Assembly: GCA_048013815.1 (NCBI GenBank)
Contig: CM106585.1
Span: 806,001 to 870,000 of the forward strand
Direction: 5' to 3'
Length of the DNA: 64,000 nucleotides
Source: Setoptus koraiensis
Lineage: Eukaryota; Animalia; Arthropoda
Shown: piece by piece, positions 34,638 to 45,803 of the stretch
How positions within the stretch are numbered: the stretch's first letter is position 1
How the letters are laid out: every line of letters starts with the position of its first letter
The notes under the pieces: model-generated
The model's input: only the letters and a program-made list of their open reading frames with translations
What the model was told of the DNA's origin: nothing
Databases searched by the model: none
Translations under genes and position numbers: made by a program

Positions 34638-36482
34638 CTAGGCCGCCTGGGGTCGCCTCCTCGAGCTAACACGTCGACTGCCGCACTTGTAACAAAATCT
34701 AGCCCCCATTATTGGGTACTGGGTGTGACATTTGTGACAACTTTCAGGACCATGGTTATTATCGTTATGTTCTGTTGTTGTAGCCGAGTTTGACATGTTG
34801 ATTGTTTTCTGTTGCATTGTAGTAGAGCTGTCTGATGTATTGTCGCTGGAAGCCACAAAACTGTCTGCATCGTCGTTATTATCCTCATTATGATTGTCAT
34901 TTAAGCCCGTGGTTGAATCGTTGCCGTTAATGTCTCGTTGATTTGAAACCTGTGCTGCTTGTCTAGTAGTTGATGAGGCGAGAGACGCCGACAGGCTTAT
35001 TCTTGACAATAGAAGCTCATTTTGGTGATAAATTTCATCGACTTTCCGCTGCAAATCACGCAAGTAACTGAGATCGCTGTAAGATTTTGAATGACGCAAT
35101 TGTTTTTGCTGTCCTGCTTCTAGCGCATCATCACTATCACAATGATCATGTTGATTGTGTTGATCAGTTTTATCATAACTCATATCCCCATTATAATGGT
35201 TTGCAACGTTGTCCTGTGTGTGAAGGATCTCGTATTGGCCCAAACCATTGCACTTGTATCTGGTCTTGAGTGCAGCCTGTTGATTGGTGTAGTTGTTGTT
35301 GTTGTTGCTTTGTTGTTGCTTATGTCCAGTCGATGGTGCTTTCTTGTTTTGTTGGCCAACTCTATTGATTGTCATGGTAGACTTACTTGAGTATCTGCTG
35401 TGCGCCAAACGATTTTGAGCCGATTCCAGAGCCAATTGTTTCGCTTTGGCCATCGAATTTGCTTGACCACGGGACAGGTTATGTCTATTGCGAGCACTAG
35501 TTTGGCTTCCGTTGTTTGTCAGGCTCAGATTTGATATTGACTTTCTCACTGAGGCTGGAGAATTAGTCTGACCAACGGCACCAGTTTGTCTATTGGTGTT
35601 GCCACTTCTAAATGTCACATCCATCGAGTTAGCCGAGCCTCTACCCAATGGAACGGCTCTCTGTGAGATAGGTAAGGGTTGCGCCCGAACACCGCCACTG
35701 CTATTGCTGCTACTCGCTCCGCTGAGACTTGCATTTCTGCTGGCCCGAAACAGTTGTTGTTCCGGTGCTTGCGCCGGCCCCAAAGGCCGAGCCTGAAGTA
35801 TGCGCGTCTCAGAGCGATTTGCCGATGACTTCCGATTGTCCGGTATACATGCAGTGCCATTGAGTGCGTGCTGCTTGCTTGTTTGCTCATTAACATGACC
35901 CACTATGACCGTATCATTGTCACTGTCGTGCGCATTGTCAGTGCCAAATCGCTGATAAGAATTATTGTTCAATTGTTTGCCATTGTGGCCTTGCTGCTGC
36001 TGATGTTGTTGTTGCTGATGCTGCTGTTGTTGCTGCTGCTGCTGTTGTTGTTGCTGTTGTTGGCCCGTTTGCTCGTGCTCGCTACCAACTTCCGGCTGGT
36101 GTTGCTTATAAGTATTGGTGGGCTTATAATGTATTCTGTATTTGTATCTCTCCAATGCTCGCTGCTTATCCAGGCTGATGCGCGGTTTATTGGCTGCTTT
36201 TTTTGCGCACCACGGTATATGTCGGGCGGCAGTGTGTGGATTGAATTGTCTCTGGCAAGTATCACATCGAACGAAGCCAATTTTGGAATTGCTGCCATTG
36301 TTAGCATGCTGGCCCGATTGCTGCTGGTTCGAGTGTTGTTGAGTCGCTTGTGGCGGCGCTGCTGCAGCTATGGCTTGTGGTTGAGCTATGGCTTGTGGTT
36401 GAGGCGCGATTGATAGTGCGTCCACTGGACCTTGTTGAGGCATTTCGGGCAAGCCAAAGGTAATAACACTCGTGCTAATCAA
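34638..36482 (-). CDS. ZC2HC1A: Zinc finger C2HC domain-containing protein 1A-like; 3' exon resolved, 5' end uncertain
   Basis: C2HC finger VRCDTCQRQFNPHTAARHIPWC and C-terminal zinc ribbon CHKCHTQYPIMGARFCYKCGSRR, the same terminal architecture as ZC2HC1A/FAM164A. The ORF lacks a confident start (first ATG about 36443, acceptor-like ATTAG near 36475). Confidence 0.75.
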   Translation of the reverse strand: MISTSVITFGLPEMPQQGPVDALSIAPQPQAIAQPQAIAAAAPPQATQQHSNQQQSGQHANNGSNSKIGFVRCDTCQRQFNPHTAARHIPWCAKKAANKPRISLDKQRALERYKYRIHYKPTNTYKQHQPEVGSEHEQTGQQQQQQQQQQQQQQHQQQQHQQQQGHNGKQLNNNSYQRFGTDNAHDSDNDTVIVGHVNEQTSKQHALNGTACIPDNRKSSANRSETRILQARPLGPAQAPEQQLFRASRNASLSGASSSNSSGGVRAQPLPISQRAVPLGRGSANSMDVTFRSGNTNRQTGAVGQTNSPASVRKSISNLSLTNNGSQTSARNRHNLSRGQANSMAKAKQLALESAQNRLAHSRYSSKSTMTINRVGQQNKKAPSTGHKQQQSNNNNNYTNQQAALKTRYKCNGLGQYEILHTQDNVANHYNGDMSYDKTDQHNQHDHCDSDDALEAGQQKQLRHSKSYSDLSYLRDLQRKVDEIYHQNELLLSRISLSASLASSTTRQAAQVSNQRDINGNDSTTGLNDNHNEDNNDDADSFVASSDNTSDSSTTMQQKTINMSNSATTTEHNDNNHGPESCHKCHTQYPIMGARFCYKCGSRRVSSRRRPQAA

Positions 36483-38658
36483 TAGTGCTCTATATCAATA
36501 ATGATATGATGTATATATCTCACTGTGTGTGCGACGAGGCTGTTCGGTAACTGTTGTGGCACAGGTATTTGCTGATAGGTTTGAAATTGTGCGGAACATT
36601 GAGTGGATAAAGTAGAGCAGTTAGTAAAACATAAGTAAAGTGTTTCATCCCAAAACAAATGCACAATATACCGGTATATAATCTAGCGCAGCTTTCTCAA
36701 GAGTCACTCGACTTATCGGCCCAAGCGGCCCAATCTCTCACTGTGAGCTCTCGGATCTGCATATATCACAGACGCTGAAAGAAAAAAACTTCCTCGTAGC
36801 GGTTTCATAGAGGTTCTAAAGCGATCGCACTTGGGTGAAAAGTTGGGTCGCCAGCAGAGACTCCAACGCTTAAGTGTTGAGGACAAAACCGACGTTAATG
36901 TCAGTGGGCATGCATGGCGAAATAAATAATAAGCGCACAATTAAGCAAAAAACTCAAATCCAGGTATATTGGCTGGAAATCGGCCAGAGAGTTGGTTTGT
37001 TATTCGGTTGTCATACAAACTAACAAACTTTTTACATATTCATTATTGTGCCGCTTATATCACATTTATCTCGTACTCGCTTGTCGAGCGCGCTTATTTT
37101 GTTTTGTTAAATACACAATATATCAAGATCGTGTTGCCTGGTGCTGGTAATCCTAAACCTAGCCACTCAATCAATTCTGTGACCATCTCGCACTCTATTT
37201 CTGGCATGTTTATTATGCGAGTGTGTGTATGTTTTTTTGTTTGTTTGTCCGCAAAACTGTATCCGAGCAAAAACGCGCTAAAAGCAGCTACTGTCATAAG
37301 ATGGCAGTTATAATACAACTTATAATACAGTGTAAAAGGCAGTGGTGTGTATCTCATCTGTATCGTATAGACACGACTCAAGCAAACAAATACCCTTGAT
37401 AGCAATCTTGACTCACTAGCGCTTCTAATTCATATTACGCAATGATAATAGCAAAATAACTATGATGGCTCATAGCGACGATGAAACATTGATGACAATA
37501 TCATATGAGCGTATATATATATATTTATTACTATGTAACATGATCATTCCAGCCACGGCCACCACCAGAACGACGACACTTATGAAGCCGCTAATTTTTG
37601 TGTGCATATAACGCTTACGTAACATTTATCTAACCAGCTACTAGTATTGCAACTTGTTTATAGCAGCCGTTGAGCTAACCTGCTCATTACGGCAACTCGA
37701 GAGTTTGCACATCCCACTGTCAGTGTCATCTCTCACAACAGAGTATCGCACTGTCGCTGCATCATTGTTGTTGCTGGTGCTGCTGTTGTTGTTGGTGCTG
37801 TTGTTGTTGGTGCTGTTGGTGTTGGTGGTGGCGCTGTTGTGGGTGCTGTTGTGGGTGCCCCATCGAGCACCAAATTCATCATGGTCGTCATAATTGTGCT
37901 ATCGTTCTATAACTCCATCAACAGCGACGACGCCAGCAACTACAACAAGCGGTGCACTGTTGCGATCATGATGATGCCATCGATGAAGTGATGCGTTAAA
38001 TAGAGCGCCAACTCCTTGCGACCATCATGTCTCACTGGGCTCTTTCGGGGCCTCACTCATCCAGTCAGTCAGCCAGTCAGCCAGTCAGCCAGTGATAGAG
38101 TGAGTGAGTCAGCCGCTTTTGGGTCACTGCAGCCACTGCCATCTAGACAGTCAGAGGCAAGTTGCATAGGCATATATGTACATATAGATATATTTAGACT
38201 CATTAGATCGCTCACTGTTGGCGCAAATATAAACTCGCTGTTGGTCTGTATGAAAGCACATTGTTGACAAGCCCATAGGAGACGATTAAGATGCTGTTGG
38301 CATTTGATTGCCAGCCAGCGCATATAAAGTCGCATAAAGCACATAAACAAACACTCGCGCTCACTGTTGACTTTACGCTTCATCTCATGCCATCGTCGCC
38401 CACATCATCGATGGCCGAAATGGGCCCCCGCCAGCCAGTTAATTTCAACGTTTTGCATACTCCACTCATTGTGTCCGCTCGGCACGCTTGTTTGCGCTTT
38501 TGCAGGCGCCTCTGCCGCATGCTTGTTCACAGCGCTCACTTTTGCCGCCCAACCTGGCCCAATCCGGCCCGATCCGGCTTAACCCGACTCGTTGCGGCCC
38601 GTCGCGGCCCGTTGCCACCCGTTCCGTTCCGCGCCGATCCGATCCGGCCCAGCGTGTT

Positions 38659-38714
38659 AGGCGGCCCAACGTGTGAGGCGGCCCAACGTGCGAGGCGGCC
38701 CAACGTGCGAGGCG
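38659..38714 (+). repeat. 17-bp GC-rich minisatellite (AGGCGGCCCAACGTGYG) x3.3, next to a CCGGC/CCGAT pentamer-rich tract from ~38545
   Basis: Direct reading. Confidence 0.9.
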
Positions 38715-39000
38715 CCCCATCAATCGATGTCAACTGGTCGACATTCATCGACTGGTACTATTCATGGGGCGCTATTATTCTATTCGATACCTCGGAAGCC
38801 AGCGAACTGCAATCAAATTGTCAAGAGGCCCAGAGAGAGGCTACTTGGCATTGTTGTTGCCGGGCCATGATTATTGGATAAAATAAAATTGGTTGCACAA
38901 GCAGCCGGCTCAATCTTGTTGCGTGTGTGTGCTCATTGGTTGCGTCATGCTTCCTTGGCCAGTCGACTTGTTCAGCCAGAAACGCGCAGACAGTTGGCTT

Positions 39001-39078
39001 GTGAGTCACGCGGTGTGAGTCACGCGGTGTGAGCCACGAGCTGTGAGCCACGAGCTGTGAGCCACGAGCTGTGAGCCA
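39001..39078 (+). repeat. 14-bp minisatellite (GTGAGYCACGMGST) x5.5
   Basis: Direct reading; two units of one variant followed by three of another. Confidence 0.9.
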
Positions 39079-40080
39079 GCCAACCGGCTCCACTGCCACT
39101 AACACCGACGCCAATATCCGTTGATAATGGATATTATTATGATTGCATTATGCAAGCCTCAAAACTATGTCTTGTGTGCTGTCTGTGTCGCATTGTTGTC
39201 GCTGTTGTTGTTGCTGTTGTTGCTGCTGTTGTTGCTGCTGCTGCTGTTGTTGCTACTGCTGCTGTTGTTGCTGCGAACGATGATGATGGGCCGATAATGA
39301 TAATCGTGGCGTGACGATGATCGCACTCACTGGCTCACGCTTCGCTTGGGCCCAATGGCTCAATACGACAAACAAACCAAATACCGTGTGCGTCATCACT
39401 TTATTACCAGTCAGTGGCAAGTGAAAGTTAAATTAGAATAGCCAACAGCCATTGTAATTAAGGAGGCGCCATCTAATCTGCGCGGCTAACTGCAAAACTA
39501 AGCCCAACAAACACACACACTTGCTAATGACATAATAGTGCAGCCACAATAATAATAATAATAATAATAATAATAGTAATAATAATAATGATGATAATAC
39601 GCTCCAATTTCGCTCTGGGCCTCACAGTATCAGCTCTCTGCGCTAACAATTGCGCAAATGCAATGCTGTTGTTGGTCTCAACCTAACTCGTGTCTCATTC
39701 TTTATACTTGTGATTTTCTCTTATATATTCAATGCAAAACTGCCAATGGGCGCACGAATGGAATGCACAAAATCTGCAGTCTTTAGAATAGCCCAAATAG
39801 CCCAAATACTCAGCATAAGATGCAAAGCAAATCAAAAAGGGCGAGTTGCAATAGTTTGTGAGATTGAGATGCGAACGGACACAGTTGTGAGAAGTAGCTT
39901 GTTGATGCTAGTATCAATGGTCGTCATTGGTGAAAATTATAAAAAGTTATCAGCATCGGTATTCGTCTGGTGACCGACACCAGTTATGCTCAACAAAATT
40001 ATAAGTCACCATCATGTTGTTGTTGCTCGCAATTGTCAAATTGATTAGTGCTGACTGACGAGCAAATTGCTCGGTTGGTT

Positions 40081-40332
40081 CGTTGACCGTTTGTGACAAC
40101 TAGTGACCGCAAGCGACCCTATGTGACAGTTAGTGACCGTTAGCCACCGTCACACAGGACACAGGATAGAGGACACAGGACAGAGGGATGTTTATCTGTC
40201 AAATGTTGCCTTCAATGTCTGTTCTCTGTCTGCCGATGCCACCAAGATAGAATTGCAAGTGCAAGTGCAAGTGCGAGCCTTCATTAAGTTGCGCTCTGCA
40301 CGCTGGCCAAACCAACCAAACAAACCAAACAA
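40081..40332 (+). repeat. Dispersed repeat copy 2 (longer homologue of 29426..29601)
   Basis: The same five colinear blocks in direct orientation, with internal expansions. Confidence 0.85.
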
Positions 40333-41746
40333 TGGTTGCAATCAAGTTGTAATCATGGTATACAACTCGCTTGCCAGATTGTGCAACCAACAATGACCGC
40401 TCGTCGTTGCACTAAAACCGGACGTCCGACGCAATTCGGTTCAATTGAGTGTCATGCAATTTGTCGGGCTTACCTCACAATTGGCTCTCCAGTGGGGCCG
40501 TCATTGGAGACCATCAATGACAAAAACTTGTTGTTTGAGCTCAGTTTATTGCTTCAATTGTAATCTATCTTTGTTAGAGTGTCACTTTGACACAAATGAT
40601 TTAAGGCGCACAGAAATGGACAAAAAGACTCATTTTTAACAAGCAAACTCATCGTGTGCGACCACTAATAGCAACTAACAAACTGACCAATCAACTGACA
40701 ATTGTCGATAGAAACAACACACATCCATACCATTACATACCCTTACATACCCTTACATACCATTGTAATAGCATAGGTAACAAAATGAGAATCGATCTGC
40801 CAAATCAAATTAGATGCTCGCTGTTTAAAGCAACGAAGAGCTTATTGTTAGTATCGCTATTATTGTCGATCAATTCGAAATTTTCCATTTTGATTGACAA
40901 GCGAGTTTTGTGAGTTTGTTTTAGACAGTGATGTCTAAATATAAATTATCAGCTGTTAGTCGTGGCGGCCAACAAAACTAACTAAAGTTTGCCCGTGTCA
41001 TCTGTTTGTTCAACAAACACTTACTAATAACATTCAAATTAGCATACAAATTTGTTGCAACAACTTGCAAACAACTTAATGCACATTCTGGCCAAAAGAG
41101 ACGCTATAATGATTTGACATTTGCGTGTGTGCTGACATTTTATTTTACGTTATTTTATATTTCGTTGTGCTAATATCACTCGCATCGCTCCACGTATCAT
41201 TCTGGTGAGGCTCACCTTTTGTCATGTCGCAATATAACACCGATGATGCAAGTGCTCACTGTAACCCTATGAGTGATGGGCATCTGAATTATCTTCACAG
41301 TGTGTGGCGAGAGAAGCAAAGAGAAAAAGATGCCTAAATTCAATGTAAACTTGGTGCGTGTTGTGCGCAACTTATGCAACAAATTTGATGACGATGCCTT
41401 CGTGTGAAATTTTCACTTGTCGATTTGTTGACAAAACTTTGTCGACAACACTGGCTAATGGACTCCAGTAACAAGAGTGCGCCGCTTAAAAGTGACCAGT
41501 GATAACAACAACAAATAAAGTGCACACTCTCCCAGCAATCGCTGCCTCTTCCGATGGCCAGCACAAAATCTGGTCGTGATTATTTGTTGAAATATCGTTT
41601 GGGGCAGGGGGGCCCACCTACAAAAGATGTGCCATTATCATTATGATGCGCGCCCCATAGGCACTTGTCCATCATCCCGTTGTCGTGTCCATGTGACAAA
41701 GTGCTGAGAAAAATTGCCACAATTTTTGCCAGAATAATAACAATTT

Positions 41747-41809
41747 CTATGATGCCTACGATGCCTATGACGCCTATGATGCCTATGCTGCCTATAATGC
41801 CTATAATGC
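41747..41809 (+). repeat. 9-bp minisatellite (CTATGATGC) x7
   Basis: Direct reading. Confidence 0.9.
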
Positions 41810-44800
41810 TGTTAAGTGACTTTGGTGCCTCAGTACGTATGTGTCTAGATTGGACTGGGCTTGTCTAAGTCTGCTGTCAACAACAATTCACTGTCAAGAC
41901 AATGTCACTGGCATGAGCCAACGCAATTACATAACGGTGATTGATAATAACACACACACACAATATTACATAACACAATACAATGAGCGTAACTCTACGA
42001 GCTACCTGGAAATTCTCAGAAATCTCTATCTATATCAAAGTGTCGCTCATGCAGTGCGTTGTGATAAAATGTGCACAATATACATGTAAATATTAGCCAC
42101 ATTGGCACTCATTGTCAGCGACTAAGCGAGTCAGTTGCTCGTTGCCAGCGAGCGAGCGAGTGGGGGCGGCTGCCAGTTAATACACAAAGTTAATGCTCAA
42201 AGATGTTGCTGCCAGTGCCAAAACACAGCAACACAAAATTAATAAATTACGTAATAAGTTATCGTGCATGATTCATTGTTTGTGTGTCACCAAAGTGGAC
42301 ACAGTGTGACAAGTTCACTACACCTGTCAAAATGTTCAAGAGCTTGCTTGTATATACACAATATATGGGCATTGCTGACACGCATGCAGTTATACGGCAA
42401 TTGTATGAGCAATTGAAGAGCGAGCGAGGTCAATTGAGGTTTTTATTTGGTTGGACTTTTTCTTTTCGGTGGCTCATTCAGCAATATTGATTTTTTCATA
42501 TTTCATGCGCACTTTGTGTCACGACTCACGAGCAGTGACATGAGCGGCGACATGAGCAGCTATGACTTGTATGGCTCACAATCACTGTCGACTCTGTTGA
42601 TAAATAAATCTCTTTCGATCTGTTTGAGGGGCCCGTGAGTTGAGTTCATTGGCATGATTGTGCCTGCAAAGTGCACACTGTGTGTAAATCAATTCGTCAA
42701 GCAACACTCACTTGACTCGGCTCATATTTTAGCTGGCAGCCATAACCTAAAATATGAGGTTACTCACAAGGCCAGTGGCTGCACTTACTCGAGTGGCACA
42801 GTAATACGATATCTGCTGCTCGAGTGGCGACGAAAATGAAATTGAAAAAATACGCTGACCCATTGATCGAGCTCGGTGCCACTTGATTGGTTTGTCATTA
42901 TTTAATTTATCCCAGTCAGCCGACCAACCAACTCACTCACATCCAAACATTCAGACCCAAACATTGAGACCCAAACAGTCGCACCGAAACAGTGAGCCAA
43001 CACAGCGAGACCGACTTAGAGGGCCGGACAAGTGTCGAATACAGTCGAGTACAGCAGTGATGTTTCTGTAAAGAATAAAAATGTGCAAGTCTGAGAGCGA
43101 TTCAGTCCAACAGCAACAAACACAAACTGAAACAGCCATTCGGTGCCACCAATTGGCCATTGGCTAGGTGTTGTGAGAGGCCCCAAACGGTTGTTGTTTG
43201 CTTCAGCGGGCGCCCCCTTGTTTGGCCATCAAAAGCAATCAATAACAAGTGGCCAGCACAACACATCTCATTCTGATACATCGAGCAACCACTTTAACTG
43301 TATATATTATTGGCTACACACGCGTCCAGTAATCGGATATCGGTTGGTATATCTGATATGGCCAATACACAGCGTAGAGCGACAGAGCCAGATAAGATAG
43401 TTTTGCGACTTATCTGGCGCGCTCACAAACCAGTGTGAGCAGCCTGCCTCCTATTGGGCTGGTCAGGCCGCTGAAATGGGCCAAATGAAATGGGCCAAAT
43501 GGCCAATTGGGTGCATTAATATGGCGCATTATCTGAGAAAATCTCAACGACTAATGGCTAACCAACTGGTAGCTAAGTTGATAAGTGTCAACAGCAGCGA
43601 CAGCTACCTGCTGCTTGCTGCTTGAGATGCCGGCGCAACGGAGCGCGCGAACCCAATAGAACAACACTAATTGACTTTTAATTACACAAACAAACTCTCG
43701 CTCTCTACTTTGTTGTGATTGTCTGATTAACTTACCTTTGTCTCTCTATTATCTCTTCTATTATCTCTTCTATTATCTTGCCCAATGGTCCACATATAAT
43801 CGGCTCGATGATCTAAGCTAATGCAAGCTCGACAACGATGCAGTCAGCATCTGGAGCGAGTAACGTTCATGGGATTATCATATCATACGATTATGCGATT
43901 ATGCGATCGTCGATTGTCGATTTGTTGTTGCTATGTATCGGGGATAATCTGTGTCACTATTATAGTACACTGACACTATTGTTTTGCTTGCCGGTTTTTA
44001 TTATTTTTATATAAAACAACTGATCTAATGATATCGTTTGCAGACGGTGTTGCCGTTCAACTTGCAGCCCGACAATCTTGATTATCTTGGCGAGCTTCGT
44101 TATCGAGTGGGGCCCCTTTTTTCATTTCTTGTTTGGGCTCCATGCTTCGTAGTGAAATATTCAATACAGTTACCCATGCGAAAATGCATTTTTGTTGTTG
44201 TTGTTGTTGCTTGCAAGCATTGTTTTGCTATTATGGAGGAAGCATTATATTTATATATATTTAAATGTGCGAATTGTATATGTTCAGGCTACAATTCAGG
44301 TTGAAATTTTTAACCGGTTGAAAGTTGTCCTATCGAATGGGGCCTTGTGGGCTTACCATCTTGTTTTCGGTGTATTTTTCAGTGTATTATTATTTTTGGG
44401 TTTCGCTCACACACCAACTGACAGCAGGCAATTTAAGTGGCCTCAAGTCATCTAATTCGATTCGCTGTCACAACAAATATCCAGACGGAACAATAACATT
44501 TTATTTATATTGTTCATTGTGTATATTGTTTGCCAGTCAGTCGGTCATATCTCGCATTTGGCGAGAAGGGCGTGCGTTTACTCAGCCGGGTTACCTTGGA
44601 AACGGCACAACACGACACAGAGGCCAGCTGAACAGGCCCACAAACAGGCACAAGATTGGCCTCATGAGTTTTATCGGCTCGCAATCGGACAATCGTGGCC
44701 CGTGTATCGGCGACAAAACAGTTATAACATTGTGGCGCATACAAAAATGTGAGAGTCACACAGTTGTGAATTGTGCAATAATAATAATAATTTTATCATC

Positions 44801-44988
44801 ATTAAAACACAATAACATAGCACGGGCTTGGTTGTAGCGATCGCCCGGTGACGGCGTTGACCGCGCGCACCACGCGCTGCCGGTCAATGGCACGAAGCGG
44901 GCAGCACTGTTGTTCCACAGTGATTCTGTGACATCATTGTAAAGGTGACCACGATCATCAGTTGCGCTCCACGTTTTGTCACGGGGTG

Positions 44989-45047
44989 AAGCGCCAACGC
45001 GAGCCAAAGTGCCAACGCGAGCCAAAGCGCCAACGCGAGCCAAAGCG
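44989..45047 (+). repeat. 18-bp minisatellite (AAGYGCCAACGCGAGCCA) x3.3
   Basis: Direct reading. Confidence 0.9.
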
Positions 45048-45803
45048 AAATCGCGAACGCACCTAGGCGCACAGCGAACAGTTTACAATTAACGGACAAG
45101 CGAAACGAACGGTAATGCTTGTTCTAGCATGTGTTAGCAAAATAAGCAAAATAAATGCGCGAAATCGCATATATATTGAACAAATTGGCGCAGATCAGGA
45201 AGTTACGCAACACAATAATGCAGTAATGTGTGTAACGCGCCGACAACAGCCGTCTCATGTTAATTAGGTTTTGGTGTAGGTATTTTGTGTGAGTGCGCGC
45301 CACCGATCAGCATCGTTGTACACGAATATCGTTTTAGATTGCTGTTGCGAAAAATCCATCAATGTTGCGAAGGGCCTTTTTGCGCCTGAAAACCAATTAG
45401 CGCGTACCTGTCTGTCACAGAGACGTTGTGATTTATGCGCCGTGTGACGGCAAAGAAGGCAAGCAAGCAAAGTGCAAAAAATACAAGTCGAAATCAATTT
45501 TATTTTATTATTATTTTTCGGCCTTGTTCGTTTGTTTTTGTATCCAGTAAATATTTTGATTGCATAAATACATTGATATACATTGGGTGCTGATATCGAA
45601 ACAGTGTGAAGAATTTACAATAAAAAATCGATTGCTCTCATGCAACTTGGATGATGCAAGTGCCGACAAGTCAATCTGTGTTTGCGTTCTTTTTCTGCAC
45701 ACTCTTTAAGAACGCTACTTTTCTTTTGGCTGTTCGCACAACATACACACGTATATGTCGGTCTGTTTTAATTGAGCTAATTTGTTGCCTAGTGTTTGAG
45801 TTG

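Noticed and set aside
44325-44837. 170-aa plus-strand ORF, and similar 100-200-aa ORFs at 38291..38881 and 57483..57962
   Set aside because: Non-ATG starts, no recognisable motifs or splice context, and partly repeat-derived; cannot be supported as genes
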